In this document: positions 11,182 to 20,093 of the stretch, one piece after another
Layout: the number at the start of each line of letters is the position of its first letter
How positions within the stretch are numbered: the stretch's first letter is position 1
Source of the DNA: a virus
DNA length: 64,000 nt
IMG/VR virus record: IMGVR_UViG_3300020045_001036
Coordinates: 1-64,000 of that record
Reading direction: 5' to 3' (one strand)
Program-made: the position numbers and the translations under genes
The notes under the pieces: generated by a model
Seen by the model: the letters and a program-made list of their open reading frames with translations, nothing else
Databases searched by the model: none
Told to the model about the DNA's origin: nothing

Positions 11182-13401
11182 TTAGTTTCTTTTGTAAAAA
11201 TTATCCATCATTCCAATTATCTCTGTAGCCCTACTATTAGTGTTATCAGAGTATTCTTTACCTAAGTCATCTTCTTGTACTGCGAACATACACATCATAA
11301 ATGACATGACCCTGTCAAAGTTACCTTTCTTGTTATACTGTATGAGCTCTTCTAACAACCCTATAGAATAAATAGTTTCTAAATTTAAAATAGCACTGCC
11401 ATTTTCATCATAGTCTCTAATTTCTAATAACCAGTCTTTGATGTATTTCTCTCCATCATCTTTAATCTTATCTGGCATATGTATTCCATATACCCTAGCT
11501 ACTGTAGAATTCTTTACAGATTTAGATATAACAGCATCCGGTTGGATAGCTAATTGATCTAATCTTCTAATTCTTCTAAAGTAATTCTTTACATGAGTTA
11601 CTTCATTCTCATGCATTATCTCTGCATTATATAAATCTGCAAGTTGTGAAGCTATTCTATTTACATCATCTGCTTCTTGTGGTCTACCTACATATTCTGC
11701 TACTATCATATTTCTGTTATAAGAGAACTTATGAGAGCTCTTATAGACGTATATAGAGGCTAAAGATACCCCAGAGGATAAATCCTGTCTGTAAGGGTCA
11801 TATCCTATCTTATATAGCCCCTTAGGGGCATTGTCGATAGGGTATTCATATATGATAGGGCAACCAGATAGATCATCTACTTTAGGTCTATAATTTAGTA
11901 TAGGTTGTAACTTACCTTGTAAGTCAGGTCTTGCTACAACTTTACCATCTGTTCTATCTAAGTATACAGGTGTTCCTTTTGCAAATTGTAATTTTTCATG
12001 TATTACTTTATTTAGTTGGTTTCTCAATTCTACTACAGGAAAGTTATTTGTACTTACTGTTAAGAATGCCTCACTAGGACAAAATGGAAATTCCTGAATA
12101 TGCTTTTGTAATGTAGCACTACTAGATGATTTTTCTAAGATTGCTCTTCTTCTGTTGTCTTCAAAATTAGTAGCAGCTTGTATATCAGAGTTACCATTTT
12201 CATCATAGAACCCTTCCATATTCCAAGTTACAGGATGGAAGAATCCACAATTAGAATTCTCTGCATCTGTGTCCCAAGTGTTAATAAAAGGTAATAAACC
12301 ATATACTTCAGGATTATAGAACATATCAGCAAAATCTACTGTACCAGATTCCATATCTCCACCAGTACCAAATATAATAATTTGTCCGGTAATATAAGAA
12401 CCTGCAGTTAATGCCGGTACTATAGCAGCAAATGAATCTTTTAGATTAGGGAATGCTCCAGCTTCTTCTAGAAGAATAATCTTAGCATCTTTTCCCCTTG
12501 CAGCATCAGGATTATCTTTAAATGATAATGCAAATATCTCAGATTTATAACCTTTCTCAATAATAGTACCATTAACGGTAGTTTTATAAGAAGCTCTTTT
12601 ATGATCTTGTTTATCTACATAGTCTCTAGATTTAGCCCAACCGGTATGTTCATTTAGAAAGTTTAAGTAATCAGATGCCATACCCATAGTACCTTTAGGA
12701 TACAGGAATTTCTTCTCTGTAGCTCCAATAATAATTTGGCAATTCCTAACTGTATTGTATACATTAGCACATATAGCTCCATCCTTATAGGAATAACCCT
12801 TTCTTCTAGATTTACCTACAATCATGTGGTAACCTCCATTTAGATAATCAGGATGTATTTTTACTTTAAGACCTAATCTGTTTAATACTGTTGTAGAAAT
12901 TTTGTTTCTTTTTGCAGCTAGTATACTATATTCTTCAGTGTTTACTGCTTTACCTGTGCCTAATTTCATTTTTAGTTCATCCATCTCCTGATGAACAATT
13001 TCCCAAGCATTCTTTTCTTCTACTAAAGTTATGACTTGTGAATCTTCACTAAATAATCCATTCTTAGCTATCTCTAAACTCCAAAAATAATCATAATCCC
13101 CATCCCAAAAATCCGGTTGTTGTGTTATCTTCTTAGATGCTTTAGAACCTTTAATTTGTTCTACAATTTGAATCTGTGTAAAGTTAAGATAAAAATAATG
13201 ATGTCCAGTAATTTTTTGACCATTAATTTCATATCCTTCTATACATCTTCTCAATTGTTCTTCCCAATATGTATACCAATCAGGAGAGTAATCCGGTGCA
13301 TTACAAAATGCTCCATTCATTTGAAACCTTATGGCCTCTTCTCTAAATACTGCTGAATTTAACCATTTACCATTTTCTGTGTTTCTAATCTTTTGTGACA
13401 T
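11182..13401 (-). CDS. terL: Terminase large subunit (likely start MSQK at 13401)
   Basis: Walker A-like GKSRRKGYSY, Walker B ILLEEAG, FGTGG, nuclease IGYDPY and GNFDRV. Confidence 0.9.
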   Translation of the reverse strand: MSQKIRNTENGKWLNSAVFREEAIRFQMNGAFCNAPDYSPDWYTYWEEQLRRCIEGYEINGQKITGHHYFYLNFTQIQIVEQIKGSKASKKITQQPDFWDGDYDYFWSLEIAKNGLFSEDSQVITLVEEKNAWEIVHQEMDELKMKLGTGKAVNTEEYSILAAKRNKISTTVLNRLGLKVKIHPDYLNGGYHMIVGKSRRKGYSYKDGAICANVYNTVRNCQIIIGATEKKFLYPKGTMGMASDYLNFLNEHTGWAKSRDYVDKQDHKRASYKTTVNGTIIEKGYKSEIFALSFKDNPDAARGKDAKIILLEEAGAFPNLKDSFAAIVPALTAGSYITGQIIIFGTGGDMESGTVDFADMFYNPEVYGLLPFINTWDTDAENSNCGFFHPVTWNMEGFYDENGNSDIQAATNFEDNRRRAILEKSSSSATLQKHIQEFPFCPSEAFLTVSTNNFPVVELRNQLNKVIHEKLQFAKGTPVYLDRTDGKVVARPDLQGKLQPILNYRPKVDDLSGCPIIYEYPIDNAPKGLYKIGYDPYRQDLSSGVSLASIYVYKSSHKFSYNRNMIVAEYVGRPQEADDVNRIASQLADLYNAEIMHENEVTHVKNYFRRIRRLDQLAIQPDAVISKSVKNSTVARVYGIHMPDKIKDDGEKYIKDWLLEIRDYDENGSAILNLETIYSIGLLEELIQYNKKGNFDRVMSFMMCMFAVQEDDLGKEYSDNTNSRATEIIGMMDNFYKRN

Positions 13402-13675
13402 AAAATATACTTGATTCAAAATCTCTAAAATATAAATAGGACTCCCCATTTATTTTCATCTCTTCGGTATCTGCATAGTTAGCTCTAAACTTAACTTTAC
13501 ATAATTGATACTTAGTTACATTATCTCCTGTAAATACAATTGTTCCTGTATTAGGTTTTTCAGGTTTTTTATCTATCTCATCCATAGATAGAATAAGACT
13601 AGAGATTGCTGTTTTTTCTTTTACTATTGCTTCATCTTGTAAGACCATAAAAGCCTCTTTAGGTAATATAATCAT
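13385..13675 (-). CDS. GroES/Cpn10-like co-chaperonin
   Basis: EKTAISSLIL mobile loop, KPNTGTIVFTG and KINGESYLYFR follow the Cpn10 pattern. Confidence 0.6.
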   Translation of the reverse strand: MIILPKEAFMVLQDEAIVKEKTAISSLILSMDEIDKKPEKPNTGTIVFTGDNVTKYQLCKVKFRANYADTEEMKINGESYLYFRDFESSIFYVTKD

Positions 13676-14230
13676 TTATTGTTCAAATGGGTTAATTTGT
13701 TTATTACTTCTTGTTCTTGTTTGATCAAATAGCTCTTGTTCTACTTTCTCTTTAATAGAATGTATATTTTGTAATACTTGATCTGTATCTTTCATAGACC
13801 TGGTGATATCACTTACTTTATGTAAGTACATCCCATTTCTTTCATTTTTTTCTTGTAGATCTACATCTCTTAGATATGTTTTGATTTTTTCAGCAGCTGT
13901 AAGGATATCTATATAATAAGAATATGTAGGAGATCCCTCTGTCATAAACTCTACTATCTTAGCTAAACCTTGTTCTACTAATGGATCTGGAGTCCATTCA
14001 TCTGTGAAATATATCTTCTTTAGAGTTTGTAACCTATTAGCATCTGAATATCCACCATAAGGATTAGTCTTCTTTTTAGAAGTCATAAACTCTATAAAGG
14101 TAAACTCTTTAATTGCTTGTGTTTTAAATTTAGAAGTATCTCTCTCCCATATCTCTTTGAATGGACTTACTAGTAAAGTCTCTGTGTTAGGCTTTACTAC
14201 ACCATTCTCTACTATAAATAAATATGCCAT
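13676..14230 (-). CDS. Conserved crAss-like protein (possible small terminase)
   Basis: Helical 184-aa ORF upstream of TerL. Confidence 0.4.
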   Translation of the reverse strand: MAYLFIVENGVVKPNTETLLVSPFKEIWERDTSKFKTQAIKEFTFIEFMTSKKKTNPYGGYSDANRLQTLKKIYFTDEWTPDPLVEQGLAKIVEFMTEGSPTYSYYIDILTAAEKIKTYLRDVDLQEKNERNGMYLHKVSDITRSMKDTDQVLQNIHSIKEKVEQELFDQTRTRSNKQINPFEQ

Positions 14231-14233
14231 TTT

Positions 14234-14497
14234 TTAAAATATTACTGCTGTATAGGTTTCTAAAAATATTTCTGGTTTACAAGGGTAAAATTCTCCTTTA
14301 ATACCTTTAATAATGTAATCACCTACACTAGCTTCCATAACACCTTCTAATGTTGTTATTAATAGTTTGGGATTTTTTGAATCTTTATAACTAAGATGCA
14401 AATCTTGATCCATATGTTCTTGAAGAATTGTAAGTTGTTCTGCATTATCTGTAAAAACAACAGCTTCAATCTCTACTGGTAATTTTCTATATTTCAT
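14234..14497 (-). CDS. Widespread small phage protein (KYRKxPV...GEFYPCKP family)
   Basis: MKYRKLPVEIEAV, TLEG, GDYIIKGIKGEFYPCKPEIF. Confidence 0.7.
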   Translation of the reverse strand: MKYRKLPVEIEAVVFTDNAEQLTILQEHMDQDLHLSYKDSKNPKLLITTLEGVMEASVGDYIIKGIKGEFYPCKPEIFLETYTAVIF

Positions 14498-14498
14498 A

Positions 14499-15038
14499 TT
14501 ATTTTAAGTTAAAAGTTTTCATATCATTAAGTCTATTATTCCATCCTTTTCTAAAGACTTCTAGTTTAGTATTTTTCTTAATTATATCTTTTATAAATTG
14601 TTCTCTAGCTAGATATAGTTGTTGTATAAATTTCTTTTCATCTTTAGCTATAGTAGCATTCACTGCTTCAATAGTTTTTGGTCCAACTACTCCATCTTCT
14701 ACAAGACCTAGTAATCTTTGAGGTATCTTAATACCCCATGCTCCGGAACACCATGTCCAGTCTACTAGAATATTAGCTACTACTTGAGAATCTATTTGAC
14801 TAGCTTTCCATCTACCCCAATACCCTTTCTCCATGATTTTAGTAGCATCTACTACAGTAATAGCTTTTAAATCTACTACATCAATATCATGGTCTCCATC
14901 TTTATCGTATCCTTGTGTTTGCCATACTTCAAGTGTTACCCCCATATTAGTAGCTCCTCCTGGATCATTCACATTGTTGGAAAATCCACCCTCCCATTTT
15001 AATACAAATGGCATTAACTTACTTACTTCTGCTTTCAT
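14499..15038 (-). CDS. Endolysin, glycoside hydrolase family 108 with PG-binding domain
   Basis: WEGGFSNNVNDPGGATNMGVT, DGVVGPKT, FRKGWNNR. Confidence 0.9.
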   Translation of the reverse strand: MKAEVSKLMPFVLKWEGGFSNNVNDPGGATNMGVTLEVWQTQGYDKDGDHDIDVVDLKAITVVDATKIMEKGYWGRWKASQIDSQVVANILVDWTWCSGAWGIKIPQRLLGLVEDGVVGPKTIEAVNATIAKDEKKFIQQLYLAREQFIKDIIKKNTKLEVFRKGWNNRLNDMKTFNLK

Positions 15039-15337
15039 TATTTTATAATTTTTCCAGAGAAAGATAAAGTATCACTAGTGTCGTCCTCATATTTAATTGT
15101 TATTGTTTTTTTAATGGTAACATGGTAAAATGTTCCTGCTAAGTGTTTAGGTAATTTACCTGGATTATAAATAACTTCTACTTTATTTGTTGCAACTTTA
15201 TAGTTAGCTGTTGTACATCCTGGGCAACTAGGTATAACTTCTGTTATCTTCTTGTCTCCTTTGTAGATGTAATTTATTGTGACACTTGTTCTTTCTTTAA
15301 TAGTTCCTAAATCTATATGATTTTTTTCCCACTTCAT
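15038..15337 (-). CDS. DUF1573-like Ig-fold protein
   Basis: IDLGTIKE...ITEVIPSCPGCT. Confidence 0.55.
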   Translation of the reverse strand: MKWEKNHIDLGTIKERTSVTINYIYKGDKKITEVIPSCPGCTTANYKVATNKVEVIYNPGKLPKHLAGTFYHVTIKKTITIKYEDDTSDTLSFSGKIIK

Positions 15338-15339
15338 AA

Positions 15340-15690
15340 TTATTTAAATTTTAAATTCTCTACATCTAATACCCATATTTTATTAGTTGTTGCATCGTAA
15401 ATAAGTTTAAGATCTTTAGCATATCTCCATGTTTTTTTATTAAACATTTTCGGATAACATGGTTTATCACAAGCTTTATTGGCCATTTGTAATGCAGTAG
15501 TTTTACAACCACACATTATACAAGAACCTCCTGTGTAACATTCCATATTCATAGAATTTATTCTGTAGATAATTTGTTCTCTAATGTGCAAGGGTATTAA
15601 CTTTTTATATTTAGAGTAAAATAACTCATATCTAATATTTCCTTGGGTATAATAGTACATATCTATTACTTCTATTCCTCTAATTTTCAT
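15340..15690 (-). CDS. Conserved Cys-rich (Zn-binding) crAss-like protein
   Basis: GSCIMCGC...ACDKPCYPKM. Confidence 0.55.
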   Translation of the reverse strand: MKIRGIEVIDMYYYTQGNIRYELFYSKYKKLIPLHIREQIIYRINSMNMECYTGGSCIMCGCKTTALQMANKACDKPCYPKMFNKKTWRYAKDLKLIYDATTNKIWVLDVENLKFK

Positions 15691-15976
15691 AGCTATTTAA
15701 TATTTTAAGTCTATCTAGATACCTCTGTTCAGTTATAACACCACTTTCAAAATTTTCTATTAAAGTTTTTTTAGAATATTTAACTCTAGATTGAGATACT
15801 TCAAACACTCCTAGAAATTGTAATCTTATATCTTTTAGTACTCCGGAAGACATTACTCTCTTTACTTGTTTAAAAGGAGCAGTACATATAATCTTAAAGT
15901 GTTCTAAGGTTATATTTGGATACTGCTCTTTTACTTGCTCGTAGTACTGTTCTATATTGCTAGCACTAGATTCCAT
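15680..15976 (-). CDS. IHF/HU-like DNA-binding protein
   Basis: DIRLQFLGVFEV resembles the HU beta-hairpin; typical crAss position. Confidence 0.55.
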   Translation of the reverse strand: MESSASNIEQYYEQVKEQYPNITLEHFKIICTAPFKQVKRVMSSGVLKDIRLQFLGVFEVSQSRVKYSKKTLIENFESGVITEQRYLDRLKILNSYEN

Positions 15977-15985
15977 CGTAGTCCA

Positions 15986-16402
15986 TTATATAATTAATTT
16001 ACCTTTACTATTTTCTAGATCAGATTTAGCTACAGACATTAGATTAATATCCACTGGTTGTCTAGCTTGTTCTACAATAGATTCTGCTTTCATTCTTTCT
16101 ACTACAGCTTTCATTTTCTCATCTATCTCTAGCAACTGCTCTAAGAAGTTTTTCATGAAATGTTCTAACTCTGTAATAGTTGCTTCAAATAAAAGGTATT
16201 CCCAGTTAAGATCTAATACTTCTCTGGAGATTATACTACCATCTACTGCTATATCTTCATCATCAAAATACTTAAAGAAATACTTGTTCTTCTGATACTC
16301 ATTTGCTTTAGCATACATCATATCTTTGTCTAACATTCTCATATATTCTAAAATAAACATTCTAGAGATTAAGGACTGTGGGTGTTGTGTTTTAAAAATC
16401 AT
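15986..16402 (-). CDS. Hypothetical protein
   Basis: 138-aa ORF in operon. Confidence 0.55.
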   Translation of the reverse strand: MIFKTQHPQSLISRMFILEYMRMLDKDMMYAKANEYQKNKYFFKYFDDEDIAVDGSIISREVLDLNWEYLLFEATITELEHFMKNFLEQLLEIDEKMKAVVERMKAESIVEQARQPVDINLMSVAKSDLENSKGKLII

Positions 16403-16404
16403 AA

Positions 16405-17100
16405 TTATTGTTGTCTTGAAATTAAATCTAAATAATCCATTGCGGATATTTCTCCTCTTTGTAATTGTCTTTGTGCTTCATCTAAAAGTCTTCTTTTTAT
16501 AACTTCTAATGAGTCAGATGTTTCATGTTGTCTATCTCTTTCTTCTCCTACTAATTGATCTAATCTAGATCTTACTATATCATAATGTCTTTGATATGGC
16601 ACCATTCTTTCCATTAAGTTAGTTCCTTGAACTATACTATTTTGTATAGATCTAGTTCTATTATCTACAATAGGTGCATCAATGTAACCTATAGTTACAG
16701 TACCATCACTATCATAAGGATCTATACCAGCTATATAAGTTCCATTACTAGTACTAAAAGTGGTTGTAGATGCAAGTGTATCAGTATTTACTCCTATAGT
16801 ACTAGATCCAGTTATTAATTGATCTCTAAAAGAATCTTGCATAGCTCTTTCAAATTGAACCATTCCTGCAGGACCTGTATGGAAAATCATTCTTCTTTCT
16901 GGTGCAAAGACTTCATTAACTACTTCTTCTAATCTTCCTAATGTAAGATTTTCATAAGGAATATGATTACCTTCTCTAACTTGTTCCATTAAACCTGGTC
17001 CAGTAATTTTATTAGTAACACTAGCCTTAGTAGTTATCCCAAATAAACCATTTGTGGTAACTGTATAAAAAGGTTTCTCAAATAGGTCTGTGTTATTCAT
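16405..17100 (-). CDS. Mosaic protein with MCP-like and TerL-like segments
   Basis: aa 31-89 align by eye to the MCP; aa 120-130 GTYIAGIDPYD resemble the TerL nuclease motif. Confidence 0.65.
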   Translation of the reverse strand: MNNTDLFEKPFYTVTTNGLFGITTKASVTNKITGPGLMEQVREGNHIPYENLTLGRLEEVVNEVFAPERRMIFHTGPAGMVQFERAMQDSFRDQLITGSSTIGVNTDTLASTTTFSTSNGTYIAGIDPYDSDGTVTIGYIDAPIVDNRTRSIQNSIVQGTNLMERMVPYQRHYDIVRSRLDQLVGEERDRQHETSDSLEVIKRRLLDEAQRQLQRGEISAMDYLDLISRQQ

Positions 17101-17443
17101 TGCAGATTAGTTTAAATTGATAACCTTGTTCTTTATTATCAGGTATAAGTTTGGGAGCTATATGTAATTTGTTATCCTCTTCATATATAAATCCTTTACT
17201 TTTTAACTGGTCTAGATAATTACCTAGGCCTCCGGCAGATATGTTTACTTTAGTTCTAACTATCTTTCTACCTGAAGTACCAAAAGGATCTTGTTGAATA
17301 TCTCCTGTTAAACTCATAAAGGCAGCTAATACTTCTGCTTCTTTAGTTGTCATTTGTACTGGCAATATGTAATTGATAATTAGTAAATGTTTCTTATAGT
17401 ACTCCTCTCTAGACAGTACTAGTGCTTTTTTAATTATGTTCAT
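17093..17443 (-). CDS. Winged-helix DNA-binding protein
   Basis: MTTKEAEVL...ISAGGLGNYLDQLKSKGFI. Confidence 0.6.
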   Translation of the reverse strand: MNIIKKALVLSREEYYKKHLLIINYILPVQMTTKEAEVLAAFMSLTGDIQQDPFGTSGRKIVRTKVNISAGGLGNYLDQLKSKGFIYEEDNKLHIAPKLIPDNKEQGYQFKLICNE

Positions 17444-17462
17444 GTCATAGATGTTGTTTTAA

Positions 17463-17774
17463 TTATTCTGCTATATAAATATTAGATGGCCTAACTATAT
17501 CTAGTACTACTCCATCATGTACCCTATAGTCTTTAACAGGTTCTGAGCTAGGTTTCTTATCACATTTTACAGAGTAGTGTATTTGACATCCTGCTATAAT
17601 AACATGGTTATCTTTACTTCCTACTTTAGCGTACCAATTAGTGGCTCTAGCATTTGTTTTGATTCCCAGTAAAGAATCTGATAGTATCTCCACTTCTCCC
17701 CAAACTGCTGCATATGTTTTTCCATCTGGAGCATAGAACCAATTATCTGTTGTTATTAAGTATTTACCTTTCAT
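17463..17774 (-). CDS. Conserved hypothetical phage protein (start re-assigned to MKGKY)
   Basis: The upstream ATG at 17810 lies inside the promoter. Confidence 0.6.
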   Translation of the reverse strand: MKGKYLITTDNWFYAPDGKTYAAVWGEVEILSDSLLGIKTNARATNWYAKVGSKDNHVIIAGCQIHYSVKCDKKPSSEPVKDYRVHDGVVLDIVRPSNIYIAE

Positions 17775-17796
17775 ATTCTGTTGTTTTAATTCTTTG

Positions 17797-17827
17797 CAAA
17801 GATAAGACATAATTTTAACTGTGCAAA
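17797..17827 (-). promoter_or_regulatory. Bacteroidota sigma-A promoter for the leftward structural operon
   Basis: TTTG-N19-TATCTTTG consensus on the minus strand. Confidence 0.75.
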
Positions 17828-17942
17828 TAAATCTTTAAAAAAGTTAATAATAATATTAACATATTTTATAGTACTACCTGTTCTAGTGTATTATGAATAT
17901 GTTAAAGTTTCTTAGATAGCACTGTTTTTAATTTAAAAACGT

Positions 17943-17950
17943 TACCTTTG
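17943..17950 (+). promoter_or_regulatory. Sigma-A -7 element (TACCTTTG)
   Basis: TAnnTTTG match followed ~70 nt later by a terminator. Confidence 0.5.
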
Positions 17951-18021
17951 TATGGCCATGCTGATAAGCAGGTAGGTCTCACAAAGGTTAAAAATAGATA
18001 TAATTCGTAATACAATAAGGT

Positions 18022-18049
18022 ACCCGCACAGAAATGTAGCGGGTTTTTT
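18022..18049 (+). terminator. Intrinsic terminator
   Basis: ACCCGCACA-GAAA-TGTAGCGGGT followed by a T-run. Confidence 0.7.
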
Positions 18050-18281
18050 GTGACCTAATCCTTCCAGTCTTGTATCTGCTCTTATAAGGTAATAATACAA
18101 AACTGGAAGGATTTTTTATGTATTATAATTAGTAAACATTACAGTGGGATTACAAGTAAACCTCTACTGAAATTTTTTATAAAATTTTTGAGAGTGTGAA
18201 TGACCCTATAAAGTACCCCCACTTATTTTTGCAATGGGAAATACCCCCGCCAATTCTTGTATAACTTAATCTTTTCTGGCC

Positions 18282-18434
18282 ATGAAATATATTGCTTCTC
18301 TTTATCTAGTTGCTATGCTATGTCTTATCTTAATCAATGTGTACAACATTGTAGACATGTTTAGTTTTGTATGTTTAGTTGTAGCATCTGTTACATCAGT
18401 TGTATATGTATGTAAGTCTAGTATTAACTACTAG
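18282..18434 (+). CDS. Small two-TM membrane protein (50 aa)
   Basis: MKYIASLYLVAMLCLILINV...; follows motif copy 2. Confidence 0.5.
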   Translation: MKYIASLYLVAMLCLILINVYNIVDMFSFVCLVVASVTSVVYVCKSSINY

Positions 18435-18592
18435 ATTTATATTATACATCATTACACTAAATACCCACAATTATTCTTGCATTAATATTAATACATAATA
18501 ACTCAAAATCATGTGGTAGAGCCTGTGCGAGTTAGTATTATTATACGTATAACTATAACTATTAACTAGTATTAACCTTTAAACCAAATGCT

Positions 18593-18667
18593 ATGAGCTA
18601 TTATGTTCTGCCTGATGGATCTGTAACTACAGACCAAACTGAAGCTATTCGTTATGACAACAAATAG
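18593..18667 (+). CDS. 24-aa peptide
   Basis: MSYYVLPDGSVTTDQTEAIRYDNK between motif copy 3 and a terminator. Confidence 0.4.
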   Translation: MSYYVLPDGSVTTDQTEAIRYDNK

Positions 18668-18673
18668 TCTAAT

Positions 18674-18702
18674 AAGCCAATCCTAATAAGATTGGCTTTT
18701 TT
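18674..18702 (+). terminator. Intrinsic terminator
   Basis: AAGCCAATC/GATTGGCTT plus T-run. Confidence 0.7.
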
Positions 18703-18803
18703 ATTTTCCATTTATCCCTACACTAATTACCCTCACTTATTCTTGCACTTATAGGTTATATGTGTAAACAAATCTTTAATAATCCTTAAATAATCTTTTT
18801 ATC

Positions 18804-19214
18804 ATGGTACACTTAAAAGCACACCCAGTTACAAATCTTGTTATTACTCCATCTACAAATAACCCAGAATGGGGTACAGTACGTTTAGAGTCTGAACAAG
18901 TTACATTTGCAAATAATGTAATGAATAAAAACAAAAGAGTAGCCTTCATTAGAGGTGAAATTAAAAACCTTGAACAAGTGTTCAAATCAGCAGAACAACC
19001 TTTTGCTGGTAAAATCATCTACAGAAATAGCTTTACTCCTCTATATGACGGACACAAGCCTAAGATTAACCCAACAACTCAAGAAGCTGTCTTAACAGAC
19101 GGTAAACTTAGTTACATGGAGTCTATCTATACTGAAGACATGAATGCTTTTGATTATTGGGTTGCATTAACTCCTGTTGTTTCTGAAACTCCAGTTGTTG
19201 CACAAACAATCTAA
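18804..19214 (+). CDS. Early hypothetical protein
   Basis: 136 aa; follows motif copy 4; hairpin terminator ~19228-19260. Confidence 0.65.
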   Translation: MVHLKAHPVTNLVITPSTNNPEWGTVRLESEQVTFANNVMNKNKRVAFIRGEIKNLEQVFKSAEQPFAGKIIYRNSFTPLYDGHKPKINPTTQEAVLTDGKLSYMESIYTEDMNAFDYWVALTPVVSETPVVAQTI

Positions 19215-19931
19215 TAACTAGACTTGACACTCTTACTTAATTGTAGGAGTGTCTATTCTTTGTGGTTACGTTATGGTTACTGTATGTCCCTTTTTTGTGG
19301 TTACTACATGTTTACAGTGTCATAATATGACGCCAAGCTGTTTACAATGTGGTTACTATGTGCAGATTTTAATATGCCCAATGGGCTCACTACGGATTGC
19401 TCTAGGATACAAACTATTATTACGTGTAATGTTGATACAATAAAACAGTTTAGTGAAGTCTTCTGTATTCTTGACATAAATTTGATGTGTACGTGCTGCT
19501 GAGATGCAATAGAGTCATTTTATCTACATTTGATAAATCATCAAAATCAACATTACATAGTAATATAGCGTTATTGTGTTTAGTATAAAAGAATACAGAG
19601 ATAGATTAAAGATCTTAGAGGTTTAACTATTGACACTTTTATACGATACACAAATAACAAAGTAACAAAACTAGTAAACTAAATCAAATACAATACCAAT
19701 ACCCAGAATATTTAATAGAATAGTGGTGCTAATACAGCACACATTTTGGACATACTGCATTAAATTGCGCTTGTACTATTCTAATAAAAATTAAACTCTC
19801 ATCCAATTGACGGTTTGTACTATAGTACATATCAAGGATAAGACAGCAGGTAGCCTTGTGAGAGTTTATTTTTAAATCATTGACAAATCACATTTAAAAT
19901 CATTTATTAATCGTTAATACACTAATACGCC

Positions 19932-20093
19932 ATGAATATAGATCTTAATACTTGTACACTAATTACATCAAAACAATATTGTGAATTAGATAACCCTAAA
20001 TTTGAAGGACAGACTAGAATGGATGAAAATGATCAGTATTATATGGTATTCTCTTGTAATGGTGTAATGTATAAAACATTAAATACATTATGA
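19932..20093 (+). CDS. Hypothetical 53-aa protein
   Basis: ATGA overlap with the next ORF. Confidence 0.5.
   Translation: MNIDLNTCTLITSKQYCELDNPKFEGQTRMDENDQYYMVFSCNGVMYKTLNTL

Larger units (their letters stand above)
18214..18747 (+). repeat. Four copies of 20-bp motif TACCC-N4-TTATTCTTGCA (candidate early promoter)
   Basis: Copies at 18214, 18242, 18462 and 18728. Confidence 0.7.

Noticed and set aside
12840-13060. Insertion before the TerL Walker A motif as an intein or intron
   Set aside because: About 70 aa in frame, with no C/S...HN splice motifs and no endonuclease domain
15986-16030. SDLENSKGKLII resembling portal ELLTASDKGKQLL as a third decoy fragment
   Set aside because: Too short and weak to support without a profile search
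145-16818. Plus-strand ORFs within the structural module, and minus-strand ORFs within 18-61 kb
   Set aside because: Antisense shadows of long genuine genes with Ser/Leu/Ile-rich composition
19249-19443. 64-aa Cys-rich ORF
   Set aside because: GTG start lies inside a terminator hairpin, and the Cys/Val content derives from the TGTGGTTAC repeats
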